Origin: Candidatus Daviesbacteria bacterium
GTDB lineage: Bacteria > Patescibacteriota > Microgenomatia > Daviesbacterales > UBA10151
Length of the DNA: 64,000 nucleotides
Direction of reading: 5' to 3'
Assembly (NCBI GenBank): GCA_016432425.1
Contig: CP066688.1
Span: 84,368-148,367 of the forward strand
Shown here in pieces: positions 19,787 to 30,289 of this stretch. The notes beneath the pieces are model-generated. The model was not told the origin of the DNA, ran no database searches, and was given only the letters and a program-made list of their open reading frames with translations. The translations under genes were made by a program, and so were the position numbers. Position 1 is the first letter of the stretch. Every line of letters begins with the position of its first letter.

Positions 19787-22204
19787 ACTGGCGGAAATTA
19801 GCTCTAAATCAACCGGGTAAGTTAAACAATCTATAGTGAGAGTTGGCTTATTTATACCCATTGCCGGCAGTATAACTGAATACGTATGAACAGAACCATC
19901 TATTTTAAGAAGTAAATTAACCATACCTTCACCAAACCCTGGACTCTGCCATTTTATACACGAATCTACCCCAAAAAAGGTGTAATTTTTTAAAACTTCT
20001 CTATCTGTCGGAGTCTCAATTGCACCGGCGGGGGAGTGGCGAATCTGGTCGATGGTATCCAAATTAATATCTGAATATCCCGTTGGAATAAAACTAATCT
20101 CCTCTACTAAAGGACTATCTCCCTCTGTTGATAAAATTTTAAGACTTAAGTTTTTGACTTTAGTATTTTTAAACAAAATCTTACTTTTACCATTAGAGTA
20201 TTCCAAGTTATAATCCACCTTTTTACCATCAGTGAAGACTTCAAAACTTTTTGGTATCCGGAATTTGGAACTGGCATAAATAATTACACCATCAATATCT
20301 GTTGGCTCTTTAAGTTTCAAGCTGATTACAGGTTTTATACCCTGAAACCAAGGACTACGTTCTGCTCTCCAGAAACTATTTAAATCAAAATCAATTAAGT
20401 TATTCGGGGTTGTTTCTGTATCGGAATTTGAAACCAAAATTTCCGTCGTTTGCTTAATTGATCTGGAAATTGTAATAGAATTTAAAACCTTTTTAAAAAG
20501 CATTGGGTCTTTTGTGCAATTAAAACAACTTTGAGTATATGGCAGTGGAATTTCCGGATCAGTAGCTTTTAAGATCAATGACAAATGGGTAGGCAAAATT
20601 GGCATAGTATCAAAGGTAAAACTGACTCCATTATTTTTACCGGTCCACATATTTTGGCTATTTTTTATAAATTGTGTTTTACTCGCTACATTCACCTCTG
20701 TAATTATTCCTTGGTGGTTTTGCAAAAAATCTCTTGCTTGGTTAGTAGTGTTAACTAATTTATCTCCATCCCAATAAAAGCTATAAAAAAATTGTCTATC
20801 GAACTTAGGATTATCATAATATCTGATTAAATCACTACTATCTGTCAGCAAGATTAAATTCTCCATCTTAATATTTAACTTAGTGGCTAAAGAAGACTGC
20901 GAAGGATGCATGCCAACTCTCACAAAATCACCCAGCTGAAGTTGTTTTTCCCCTCTGGGAGAGTCAATAAAAATAATGGCCCGATCAGGTTTAATTGGAA
21001 AAAAATCTCTTAATTGTTGATAAAAATGGCTTCTGGACCGATTGTCATTTTCAAAACTGCCAAAAAATTGATTTGTTTGTAATAAGTTCAAAATTAAAAC
21101 TCCTGTTAAAATAATCTGGCCAATTTTGAGATTTCGTAATGCCACCATCCCTAAAGCCAAAACAAAACCTATATAAGGATAGAATATATGCCTATCAGTA
21201 CTACCTAATCCAGTAGTCGTCACTAATCCTTTAGGTATGTATTGAGTAATTATCCAAAGAAAAGCAAAAATACCCAAGCCGAATATTTTTTTGTCTTTTC
21301 TATTGATCCAGATAAAGACAAGAAAAGCTATATTAATAATATAACCAGTCAACAATCTAATCTGGTCTGTATTTTTAATTTTAAAATCTATCCTCAGTTT
21401 ACTTTCGAGATAATCTGTTAGTACAAAAGAACCTGTTGTTTGAATAAAATTAGTAAACTTAAGTTTTATAAACTCTTCAGTAATTTTATGTCCTCCAGCT
21501 CTCTGCCAAAACTGCAACGCTTGCCCACTTTGCTTATATGGTACCCAAATGTAAGTAACAAGTGTAATTAATATAAAAAATGTTAACAAAATTAAGGTTA
21601 ATCTTTTAAAACGACTCCAAAAAAGATACAACGTAATTGGTAGGATGATTAAAATATGTCCTGTTGAATAAATAGGGAATATATATAGGGAGAGAAAAAA
21701 TAACAGACCACTAGCTATTAAATAAATTACCGATTTATTTTCATTAAAACGGTTGATTAGTAAAAGTATTAATAAAAGAAAAGATATGCCAATATTTTCC
21801 GAAATAGAGTAAAAAGAAAGAAGGCTATCTTCTCCCCCTACTGATACTATCAAACTGGCCAGTAGTAAACTTAAAATTTTGTTGCCAAATAGGTTTTTGC
21901 AAAGAAAGAAAGAAAAACAACCTAAAATAAATTTCAAAATAAAACCTAGGATAAAATAAGGTGCCGGATTAAAATTAAACAGCTGATAAAGGTTTTCAAA
22001 AACAGGGCAATAAGAATTAAAAGGCCAATTAAAAGGACAAATTTTATTGGCAGCATTATAAAGAATAGAAAAATCATCATGCCAGAAATAAAAGAAAAAA
22101 GTTTTATGGTAAGCTAAAAAAGTGATGAGGAATATTAAAAAAAGTGGTCCAGCTTGTTTAAAACACCATATTAAGTTGCGCTGACACAATACTTTTTTGA
22201 GCAT
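19760..22204 (-). CDS. GT-C membrane glycosyltransferase with discoidin-like C-terminus (paralog of 6041..8731)
   Basis: YFWHDD, DRH, NLIDFDLNSFWR. Start moved to ATG 22204 to avoid overlapping the divergent gene. Confidence 0.75.
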   Translation of the reverse strand: MLKKVLCQRNLIWCFKQAGPLFLIFLITFLAYHKTFFFYFWHDDFSILYNAANKICPFNWPFNSYCPVFENLYQLFNFNPAPYFILGFILKFILGCFSFFLCKNLFGNKILSLLLASLIVSVGGEDSLLSFYSISENIGISFLLLILLLINRFNENKSVIYLIASGLLFFLSLYIFPIYSTGHILIILPITLYLFWSRFKRLTLILLTFFILITLVTYIWVPYKQSGQALQFWQRAGGHKITEEFIKLKFTNFIQTTGSFVLTDYLESKLRIDFKIKNTDQIRLLTGYIINIAFLVFIWINRKDKKIFGLGIFAFLWIITQYIPKGLVTTTGLGSTDRHIFYPYIGFVLALGMVALRNLKIGQIILTGVLILNLLQTNQFFGSFENDNRSRSHFYQQLRDFFPIKPDRAIIFIDSPRGEKQLQLGDFVRVGMHPSQSSLATKLNIKMENLILLTDSSDLIRYYDNPKFDRQFFYSFYWDGDKLVNTTNQARDFLQNHQGIITEVNVASKTQFIKNSQNMWTGKNNGVSFTFDTMPILPTHLSLILKATDPEIPLPYTQSCFNCTKDPMLFKKVLNSITISRSIKQTTEILVSNSDTETTPNNLIDFDLNSFWRAERSPWFQGIKPVISLKLKEPTDIDGVIIYASSKFRIPKSFEVFTDGKKVDYNLEYSNGKSKILFKNTKVKNLSLKILSTEGDSPLVEEISFIPTGYSDINLDTIDQIRHSPAGAIETPTDREVLKNYTFFGVDSCIKWQSPGFGEGMVNLLLKIDGSVHTYSVILPAMGINKPTLTIDCLTYPVDLELISASLIFLGNNK

Positions 22205-22225
22205 ATAATGATAGAATAATACACT

Positions 22226-23104
22226 ATGAAAGTAATTACTCACAATGATGATTTTGGTTTAACCTATGGTTTCACCGAAGCTATCAAGGATGCATTTTTA
22301 AAAGGGCTCACTACCAGTACTAGCATTCGTACCAATGGGACTGCCTACCATTTGGCAGTGCAACTGCTAAAAACCAAACTTAAATCAATTGGTTTAGGTT
22401 TGCATTTAAATTTAGTTGATGGAAAATCTCACACTAAAGCTTTAGCAAATCATTCTGGATCCTATAAATATAATTTTTTGCAATATCTTATCTTGAGTTA
22501 TTTTAATAAAAAAATATTAATTGACATTGAAAATGAGCTGGACTGGCAGTTTCAACAAGTTCTCAAAGATAATCTAAAGATAGATCATGTTAGTGGCCAT
22601 AACCACACTTATGCCATCCCTCCTATTTTTAAAATAGTTTGTCGGCTGTGCCAAAAGTATCAAGTAAAAGCTATTCGATTGCCCAAAGAACCGTTTTATT
22701 TAACTACCTCTTTTCTAAAAAATATTACCCCTTTTTTAAACACTAACATAATTAAATTTTTGATATTAAATTTTTTCAGCAGGCAGAATAAAAAGATTGT
22801 TAAAAAATATGGACTTAAAACAACTAATATTTTTTATGGAATTTTATTTACCGGTAATATGGACTTATTAACAATAAAGGCTGCCATAAATGATGCCCAA
22901 AAAAGAGGCTACAGAGTTATAGAAATTTTAACCCATCCGGCTTACCATAGCGACCCCAGGGATAAAATTTATACCAGCAAAACGATCAAAAATTATGTCC
23001 GATCAAAAGATAGAAGAGTGGAAACCGAAGTTTCTCAATCAGAAGAATTAAAGCATTTTTTTTCGCAAAAGAAGATTCTTACTATTAATTATCGAAATTT
23101 ATGA
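22226..23104 (+). CDS. YdjC/ChbG/HpnK-family carbohydrate deacetylase
   Basis: DDFG, GLHLNL, HVSGHNH, EILTHP. Confidence 0.9.
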   Translation: MKVITHNDDFGLTYGFTEAIKDAFLKGLTTSTSIRTNGTAYHLAVQLLKTKLKSIGLGLHLNLVDGKSHTKALANHSGSYKYNFLQYLILSYFNKKILIDIENELDWQFQQVLKDNLKIDHVSGHNHTYAIPPIFKIVCRLCQKYQVKAIRLPKEPFYLTTSFLKNITPFLNTNIIKFLILNFFSRQNKKIVKKYGLKTTNIFYGILFTGNMDLLTIKAAINDAQKRGYRVIEILTHPAYHSDPRDKIYTSKTIKNYVRSKDRRVETEVSQSEELKHFFSQKKILTINYRNL

Positions 23105-23694
23105 TTTTTGAGGCTGTTAGAAAGTTAGCCTTACCTTTTGCAGAAATTGAAAAATATGTTCCCCAAAGGGGAAAGATTTTAGACGTGGGCTGTGGTCATG
23201 GGATTTTTAGTGAAATGCTGGCTCAAAAATCACCTACCCGAGAGGTTTTGGGCATAGATCCTGCTATTAATAAAATAAGATTGGCCCAAGCTCATCGTGC
23301 TGGATTACCTAACCTTAAATTTAAGCATGCTTATTTGCCAGAGATTAACAGTAAATTTGATTGCATAATTATTATCGATGTTTTATATCTTCTACCTATA
23401 AAGAAGAAGGTTGAAATTTTAACTAATTGCAAAAAACTGCTTAAGAAAAATGGAATTTTAATATTAAAAGAAGTAGAAAAAACAGGCAGTTTAATGTTTT
23501 TCATCACCAAACTTGAGGAAATTATTATGGTTCAACTTTTAAAATATACTTACTCGGATAAAGGAAACTTATATTTCGTGAATACAGCTTATTATCTTAA
23601 ACTCCTAAGAAAACTAGGATTTAAGAAAGTTAAAAGCCGACAAATTCGAGCAATTATACCCTATCCTCATATGTTATTTGTTTTCAGGGCATAA
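23101..23694 (+). CDS. Class I SAM-dependent methyltransferase (similar to 13094..13810)
   Basis: LDVGCGHG, DVLY, PYPH.LF. Confidence 0.9.
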   Translation: MIFEAVRKLALPFAEIEKYVPQRGKILDVGCGHGIFSEMLAQKSPTREVLGIDPAINKIRLAQAHRAGLPNLKFKHAYLPEINSKFDCIIIIDVLYLLPIKKKVEILTNCKKLLKKNGILILKEVEKTGSLMFFITKLEEIIMVQLLKYTYSDKGNLYFVNTAYYLKLLRKLGFKKVKSRQIRAIIPYPHMLFVFRA

Positions 23695-25136
23695 ATACTG
23701 GCCCATCCAAAACTTTGTACCCTAGTATAATATTTATCTAAATAAGATCTGATGTAATTAGATTGATAACCATACCCCAAACTTTTGAATCTAGTAAAAT
23801 GATTTTCATCTACTAACCAATAATCAGCTTTTTCTTTTTCTAAAAGGACTTTCATTTCATCAAACGGTTCAAATGCCCAAGGTAAAATATAGGTTCTATT
23901 TATAATAGGTAGCCTATCAGCTTCAAAATAGACAATCATAGTCTCAAAGGAAAAAATTCTTGTCTGAGGGTTAGTATTTGTTTTTATCCAATCGATTGCT
24001 TCATACCCATTATCCCCTGGATGGTGAAGATTATAAATAGCAAACTGTCTTCCTTTAGTCAAAGCATCTTTATACCAAGGAATAATAGTAGTAATACTAT
24101 AAATCGAGAAAGCCAATACTAATAATATGGCAATAAGTTTATAAAATTTTCCAGCAACCTTAATTCGTTGATATTCAATTTCAGAGAGAATTGATAAAAC
24201 TGGTAGTATTAAAAGAAACCTTCTTGGATGAAGTACTGCTATTAAAGTAATAATTATTGAAGTTAATAAAAAAAACCATATTACAATTTCTTGCCAAGTG
24301 TTCTTATCTCCCTTTTTTATCAAAGCCATTTTTTGTTTATTGAGTAATCTTATTGTCAAGAGAATAAATGGAATATTTATAAAAAATAACATTAACATAT
24401 AATTTTGAGGAAAAGATTTATTGAAAGGATAACCACTGCCATTAATATAATAGAGAATATTTTGTTGTATAAACTGATCTATTAAGCCCTGAGAATAAAA
24501 CCATAAAATCATTGGAATGGGTATTAAAATAAAACCAAAAACAAAAGGAAGGATTATTTTATAAACTTCCGCGGACTGAGAATTAAATTTAGAAATTTTA
24601 CTATAGATGATTATAAGAAAAAATAATATTGTAGTGAAAACTAAAGCTATTTGTTCAGAAAAAACTGCCACTGATGAAACAAACCCTATTAAAAAGACTA
24701 ATTCTTTCTTAGGATTTTCTAACCATTTATAGAAAAGAAAAATATCTATTAGCATAAGTAAACCTAAAAAAAGATTAACCTCAAAGGTATTTTGCCTTAA
24801 AATAAATCCAAACCAAATTGTAAAAAAAGTTAAAGATATAAATTGTGCTTCACTCAATCTCTTTGAGATATGATATATGAGTAAAATTGCACAGAAAGCT
24901 AAAATTAATCCTAAAACTATAGTGGTATTGACATCCCAATTTGTCATTTTATCTATTGGGATCATTACTAATTTAAGAAAAGGGAAATACCGACCACCAT
25001 CAAAATCTTGATAGAACTTAAGACCTTTGTCTGTAAACCAAGACATTACAAATGCATCTTCCCATATAAAACCAGGGAATCTAAAATAAAGAATAAGTTG
25101 CCATATTATGGCAAGTAGAAGGGTAAACTTAATCAT
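23667..25136 (-). CDS. Putative GT-C membrane glycosyltransferase
   Basis: Multi-TM; WED loop, HPRRF, AIDWIKTNT...YFEADRLP soluble tail. Confidence 0.65.
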   Translation of the reverse strand: MIKFTLLLAIIWQLILYFRFPGFIWEDAFVMSWFTDKGLKFYQDFDGGRYFPFLKLVMIPIDKMTNWDVNTTIVLGLILAFCAILLIYHISKRLSEAQFISLTFFTIWFGFILRQNTFEVNLFLGLLMLIDIFLFYKWLENPKKELVFLIGFVSSVAVFSEQIALVFTTILFFLIIIYSKISKFNSQSAEVYKIILPFVFGFILIPIPMILWFYSQGLIDQFIQQNILYYINGSGYPFNKSFPQNYMLMLFFINIPFILLTIRLLNKQKMALIKKGDKNTWQEIVIWFFLLTSIIITLIAVLHPRRFLLILPVLSILSEIEYQRIKVAGKFYKLIAILLVLAFSIYSITTIIPWYKDALTKGRQFAIYNLHHPGDNGYEAIDWIKTNTNPQTRIFSFETMIVYFEADRLPIINRTYILPWAFEPFDEMKVLLEKEKADYWLVDENHFTRFKSLGYGYQSNYIRSYLDKYYTRVQSFGWASIYALKTNNI

Positions 25137-25137
25137 G

Positions 25138-25169
25138 CAAAATATAACAACTTAAGCTATTATATTTTG
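25138..25169. promoter_or_regulatory. 32-bp near-perfect palindrome between head-to-head paralogs
   Basis: CAAAATATAACAACTT|AAGCTATTATATTTTG; 14 of 16 arm positions pair; TATATT -10-like hexamer on both strands. Confidence 0.65.
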
Positions 25170-25173
25170 TGGT

Positions 25174-26589
25174 ATGGATAAAAACAAGATAACCTTTATT
25201 ACCTTAATAATCGTTCTTATTTGGCATATATTCATTTTTTTAAAATTACCACATCTTACCTGGTTACCAGGTTTTCTTAATACGTGGTTTACTGATCAGG
25301 GGTTAATTTTATACAAAGACTTAGTCGATCCACATTTTCCTCTTTCTTATGTCATCATGTATCCATTCCTCAAAATTACTAATTGGCATTTTGAAACAGA
25401 TCCAATATTAGCACTGGCAGTAGCTCTTTCAAGCTGTTGGGGAATCTATTATTTTGGCAGGAAAATTTTATCCCCCTTATCAATTATGATTGCTCTTTTC
25501 TTCTTCTCTGTATTTTACTGGTATTTTTCAACTTGGGTGCAAATATCTCAGGAGGGAATACAGGGGTTATTGACTATCCCCTTAGTCTTTTTTTTACTTA
25601 AGCTGCCGCATAAATTAAACTCCACCTCGACCTTATTATTTGGAGTTTATATCATTATCTTAGGGCTTATGGGACAAATAATAACTCCCTTAATCATTAC
25701 AGCCTTAGCGATTTTTATATACTTTCACAGAAGCCATCTTGTTTCGTTAATTATAGGATTATCCATACCCATCGCTCTAATTTCATTATATTTTCTCTAT
25801 CAAGGTGCTTTTTACGACTTTTTCTTCTGGAATATACCTTATTATTTAACCTATGCAAACTTAAACCAAACCACTACTGGATCACTACCTTGGCTTGATA
25901 TACTGGCATTTTTCTTACCTGTGCTCCTACTTTTTATATTGCTCTTAACCAAAATTTCTAAGGTCCCTACTATTATATTGTTACTACTTTCCCTCTCCAC
26001 AGTTCCCATGATCATTTTTAGCGTCTTTCATCCGCATCATTTTCTGTTCGCATTACCCCTCCTCTCAATATCCGCTGGTTATGCTTTGCCTAAATTGATT
26101 AAAATATCTCACTTTAACTTATTAACCTTTATCATTACCATTTCAGTTGTTTTCTATATAACGACTTATACTATACCCTGGCTAACATCTAAATTTATAC
26201 CCGGATGGAATCCCAAAATTTTAACAGCCGAAAAAGATCCTAAACAACAAGAGGCAATTGATTGGCTAAAAATAAATACCGATCTCAATATTAAAATTTT
26301 AGTAGCAGGCGACCCTTTGTTTTATTTTAGAAGTGAACGGCTGCCTGCCAACAACCGGTTTACAGTATTACCCTGGCATTACTTACCCCTCGATCAAACC
26401 CAAAAAGTAATGGTAGAAAAACCGCCGATCTTTTGGGTAATAGATAAAAATTATAGGGAAAGGTTAATTTCCGGCTGGAAAACTCCTCAGATTGATGAGT
26501 TTATTAAAAACGAATTAATATGTTATAAAATGGTTTTTGAAAATTCTGAGTGGGAGATCTGGCAAAAAACTTGCTTAAAGGACAGTTAA
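25174..26589 (+). CDS. Putative GT-C membrane glycosyltransferase, divergent paralog of 23667..25136
   Basis: Shares WFTD.GL..Y.D....FP, HP..F, AIDW.K.NT, YF...RLP and LPW. Confidence 0.65.
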   Translation: MDKNKITFITLIIVLIWHIFIFLKLPHLTWLPGFLNTWFTDQGLILYKDLVDPHFPLSYVIMYPFLKITNWHFETDPILALAVALSSCWGIYYFGRKILSPLSIMIALFFFSVFYWYFSTWVQISQEGIQGLLTIPLVFFLLKLPHKLNSTSTLLFGVYIIILGLMGQIITPLIITALAIFIYFHRSHLVSLIIGLSIPIALISLYFLYQGAFYDFFFWNIPYYLTYANLNQTTTGSLPWLDILAFFLPVLLLFILLLTKISKVPTIILLLLSLSTVPMIIFSVFHPHHFLFALPLLSISAGYALPKLIKISHFNLLTFIITISVVFYITTYTIPWLTSKFIPGWNPKILTAEKDPKQQEAIDWLKINTDLNIKILVAGDPLFYFRSERLPANNRFTVLPWHYLPLDQTQKVMVEKPPIFWVIDKNYRERLISGWKTPQIDEFIKNELICYKMVFENSEWEIWQKTCLKDS

Positions 26590-28599
26590 TTTCGCCACCG
26601 GATCTTTTAAAATACAGGCATTTTCATTATCTGCCACTACTCGAAGATATTTGCTACTTCGTCCGGCAAAATAAAAAACAAAATGGTTAGCGTCGAAGTT
26701 AATTTTTCTTCCAACTTGATCAGTGGGAATAGCATCTTTTTCTCGCTGCCAGTTTTGTCCGTCTTTTGAGGTTTCAATATAAGCTAATTTTAAATTTTGG
26801 CAATCTTTAGTTGAGCTATAATTTAGCTGCAACCTGGATAAAACTACTGCACTATCTAAAGATATCTCTAAAATATTACCTATAATATTTTGCGTGATTG
26901 GCCTTGAATAAGTTTTCTCTTCTGTGCGGAATTCTTCTTTGGTATGTGCTAAATCATTTTTCCAAATTTTTAACAGCGGGGCTCCATCTACTTTCACCTC
27001 ATATACTGGATCCAATAATTTATCAACATATTCCCAAGCATAATGGTATGCTCCCACATCATAGTTATATGTCATCTCCATAATATATTCTCCGCCTCGC
27101 TGTACTCCACTAAAGTGATAGTTAGAATAATTAATATCGGGACGAATTTTAAATAAAGGCAGATTAGAGGTAGTTCCTTGAATAAGGGTAAGTTTTGCCC
27201 CTGATGAGGCATTTTTATTAACCCATTCCAAACCCTCCACATAAACATTACCTAAACTATTCCCAGCTGAAGAGGTTCCTTTGGCAATAGCTCCAGATAA
27301 ACCACCTGTCAGAAAGTTAAAGTATGTATTCTGATAAGGATGAAATTTAATAAGCGGTAAGATCAAAAGATAACCAACAACCAGTAGTAAAATTGAAGCG
27401 GTAATTAACTTTAACTTTTTATCTGTCTTTAAAACATCTTGTATCAACCAATTTGCTCCTATCCCCCCTATCAAAGCCAGTGTCGGAATATATTCCATAA
27501 TTTGTCTGACACCTCCATAAATACTAAATCCTGAAAGCGATACTCGCAATATCGGAATTGTGAACCAGATTAAAATTAATGATAAAATTTTCCAATTATT
27601 AGTCCAAAGTTTGATAGAAGCAAACAGTCCAAAGATAAAAAATAATAACAGTACCGGAGGAGTGGTAAAAATAATCCATTGAAGCGGATAAAGGTTAAAC
27701 GAACCTACAAGATAGCTTGATTGGTAATTCGCCCCGCTCCCGACCTTTTCGTAATATTTAAAAGATTGTAAAGTATGAGAGATGGGGTCAGACCAAAGGT
27801 AAGGCCAAAAGATAAAGAAAATTAAAAACATGATAGGCAGAAAAAAAATTAAGCTAAGAGCGATTTTCTTTGATAAAAATGTATGAATAATTTCTTTTTT
27901 GTTTTTCCAATAATAGACAAAAAGCCAGAGAGTTAATATTAACATGGCAAAAAATATGTTAAATTTTATACCCAAAGCCACTCCGGCAAAAATAGCAGAC
28001 AATATTATCAAGACACTTTTTTTACTAGTGATTCCTTTCCAAAAAAGATAAACCGTTAAGGTAAAAAACGTGGTTTCTGCCGGATCCTTAATATTAAAGT
28101 GAGATTCTGCAAAAAATAATGGATACGTAGCCAAAAAAAGGCTGGCAAAAAACCCTGCTAATATCCCAAATTCGCAAGCTGCAATCCAAAAAATCATTCC
28201 CACTAAAATAGAGCTTGATATAATTTGAAATAGATGATAACTTTCTATATCACCTAAGAGTCCTAACTTTTGATAAAAAATTGTATTTAGGGTGGCAGAG
28301 GTTATATCCCCCAGCGGAGGGTGGCCGCGATCTTCCACCACTGGGTTCTTATTATTATAAAATTGGAATTGTTGATAAAAACTTCTGTCATGATAAGATG
28401 GATTAGTTTGAGCTTCTCGCAGGTTATACGATGTAATACCATTATAATCAAGTTTCCCAGTGAAATAATACCAAAGATAGGCTTGTCCTCTTCTTAAATG
28501 TTCCGGTTCGTCCCAGGAAATACCATAATCATGAATAGTTAGAAGTCCAACCCCAAAAAAGATAAAACCAACTATAACCGATAGAATGATTTTTTTCAT
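26575..28599 (-). CDS. ArnT/PMT_2-family GT-C with discoidin-like C-terminus
   Basis: YGISWDE, HPP, HFNIKD, YGGVRQ; SKDGQNW...YLRV. Confidence 0.85.
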   Translation of the reverse strand: MKKIILSVIVGFIFFGVGLLTIHDYGISWDEPEHLRRGQAYLWYYFTGKLDYNGITSYNLREAQTNPSYHDRSFYQQFQFYNNKNPVVEDRGHPPLGDITSATLNTIFYQKLGLLGDIESYHLFQIISSSILVGMIFWIAACEFGILAGFFASLFLATYPLFFAESHFNIKDPAETTFFTLTVYLFWKGITSKKSVLIILSAIFAGVALGIKFNIFFAMLILTLWLFVYYWKNKKEIIHTFLSKKIALSLIFFLPIMFLIFFIFWPYLWSDPISHTLQSFKYYEKVGSGANYQSSYLVGSFNLYPLQWIIFTTPPVLLLFFIFGLFASIKLWTNNWKILSLILIWFTIPILRVSLSGFSIYGGVRQIMEYIPTLALIGGIGANWLIQDVLKTDKKLKLITASILLLVVGYLLILPLIKFHPYQNTYFNFLTGGLSGAIAKGTSSAGNSLGNVYVEGLEWVNKNASSGAKLTLIQGTTSNLPLFKIRPDINYSNYHFSGVQRGGEYIMEMTYNYDVGAYHYAWEYVDKLLDPVYEVKVDGAPLLKIWKNDLAHTKEEFRTEEKTYSRPITQNIIGNILEISLDSAVVLSRLQLNYSSTKDCQNLKLAYIETSKDGQNWQREKDAIPTDQVGRKINFDANHFVFYFAGRSSKYLRVVADNENACILKDPVAKLTVL

Positions 28600-28600
28600 T

Positions 28601-30289
28601 TCAAATATACTCTATTAAAGGCATACCGATAGTATCAAAAGAGCTTTCTTCTGCTACCGGAATTTCTATAAGGGAATTTTCCGGGATTTGATCTTTTACT
28701 TCAACCTTTTTGCCATCTCTTTTTATCTCTACTGCTGTCATTTTATTATTAATCCAGGCAAAATTGGTATTTTGATCATTCCAATAAAACTTAGGCAAAG
28801 ACCCTATTATTCCTTCTGTAGTAAAAGATGGCAATGTGTAGGTTTTAGTCTGAAACAAACTGGTGACTTCCCCATTTTCCAGATCAAATTGGTTAGCAGA
28901 GACGTCAACCACTAATTTATACAATTCAAATTCCCTGGGAGAGTTAACTTCTATATTTATTCCTTGGTCATTTTTAGAAATATCAACTTCTGACAAAGAC
29001 AAATCCTGACTATGAAGCGCCCCTTTTTCCCTCCAGAAACCTGTTACTTTGCTAAAACCCACCACCTTAAACCCATAGACAGACCTCGGCAGTTGTAAAT
29101 TTCTATTTCCTTTAAGATTGTACTCAATTTTTGCTCCTACCCAACCCTCGTGAGTAAATGCTTTGGCAGTTTTAAGAATATCTTCTAAATAGAATACCTG
29201 CCTGCTGCTGCTATCTGGCAAAAATAATCTTTGAGTGCCTAAATCAAACTTTCTATCAAAGAAGACCCAACCCGGATCTGCAGAAATTATCCCCCGCAAA
29301 CCATTTAATTTTGTCCCCAGAGTAATCCACTGCGTCTTGGTTGAAGTGGTAAACTTTTGAGAATGGGCAATTTTGTCTTTAAAATTTATTGATTGATAAA
29401 TGTATTCACCTGCCAGTTTATCAGCCAAAGCTGAAGGGTGAGGATCAACGGGGTTTAAAACTAAATTAGATTTGTTTTGATAAGTACTGAAAACATCAAA
29501 CAGATCCACTATTTGTACATTATATTTCTTTGCTAATTTTTTAATTTGCTCATGGTACTGTGGATATTTATACTGCTCGTTGGGATTAGATGGATTATAT
29601 TGCGGAAAAACAACAAGCATCAATTCCCCACCTTTTTCTTCAGTTAATTTTTTATTTTTTTTCAATAACTGTTCTGCTTTTTGTAAAGCTTTAGAATTAT
29701 CAGTATAAATACTTTTAATTTCTCTATCAGTCTCTCTGGCTACTCTAGCTCTTTCCAAGTTTCCAAAAGTTATTTGGTATAGTTTTAAATTTCTAATGAC
29801 TTCGTTTTTAATAAAATGGGGTGGAAATTCTTTACCGGCTAAATCTAAAATATTTATCCCGATTACTGTCAAATCCGGATTAAAAAGTACACCTTCGTTT
29901 TCAAATCTTTCAACTTCCGCTGCAAAATTAAATCCCGGTTTGGCCGCATTAATAACTTCAACTGCATCTGCCCCAAATTCCTGTTGTAGTTTTTTTTCTA
30001 ATACTTTAGGGAAAGACTGCGCAGGATTATCAATATACCAACCGTAAGTATACGAATCCCCTAATGTATAAATCCTATACGTCTCCGGCCGCTTTTGAAT
30101 AGTAAAATCTCTATCTCTGTAGCCGAATTTATTAAGATTAACTCCTTTTTCTAGCCAGCTTATATCATCTCTTTGATATTTTGGGTTAAGATAAGGTGGA
30201 TTCCAAAAAATTCTTAAAGTTACTTCAACCAGTAGGATAGTAAAAAAAATTGACGCAAAATTTAAGCCAACCTTACCAGAGATTTTCAT
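28601..30289 (-). CDS. Membrane-anchored SGNH/GDSL protein (O-acetyltransferase or esterase) with uncharacterised C-terminal half
   Basis: N-terminal TM, NKFGYRD, LGDSYTYG, DPHPS. Confidence 0.8.
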   Translation of the reverse strand: MKISGKVGLNFASIFFTILLVEVTLRIFWNPPYLNPKYQRDDISWLEKGVNLNKFGYRDRDFTIQKRPETYRIYTLGDSYTYGWYIDNPAQSFPKVLEKKLQQEFGADAVEVINAAKPGFNFAAEVERFENEGVLFNPDLTVIGINILDLAGKEFPPHFIKNEVIRNLKLYQITFGNLERARVARETDREIKSIYTDNSKALQKAEQLLKKNKKLTEEKGGELMLVVFPQYNPSNPNEQYKYPQYHEQIKKLAKKYNVQIVDLFDVFSTYQNKSNLVLNPVDPHPSALADKLAGEYIYQSINFKDKIAHSQKFTTSTKTQWITLGTKLNGLRGIISADPGWVFFDRKFDLGTQRLFLPDSSSRQVFYLEDILKTAKAFTHEGWVGAKIEYNLKGNRNLQLPRSVYGFKVVGFSKVTGFWREKGALHSQDLSLSEVDISKNDQGINIEVNSPREFELYKLVVDVSANQFDLENGEVTSLFQTKTYTLPSFTTEGIIGSLPKFYWNDQNTNFAWINNKMTAVEIKRDGKKVEVKDQIPENSLIEIPVAEESSFDTIGMPLIEYI

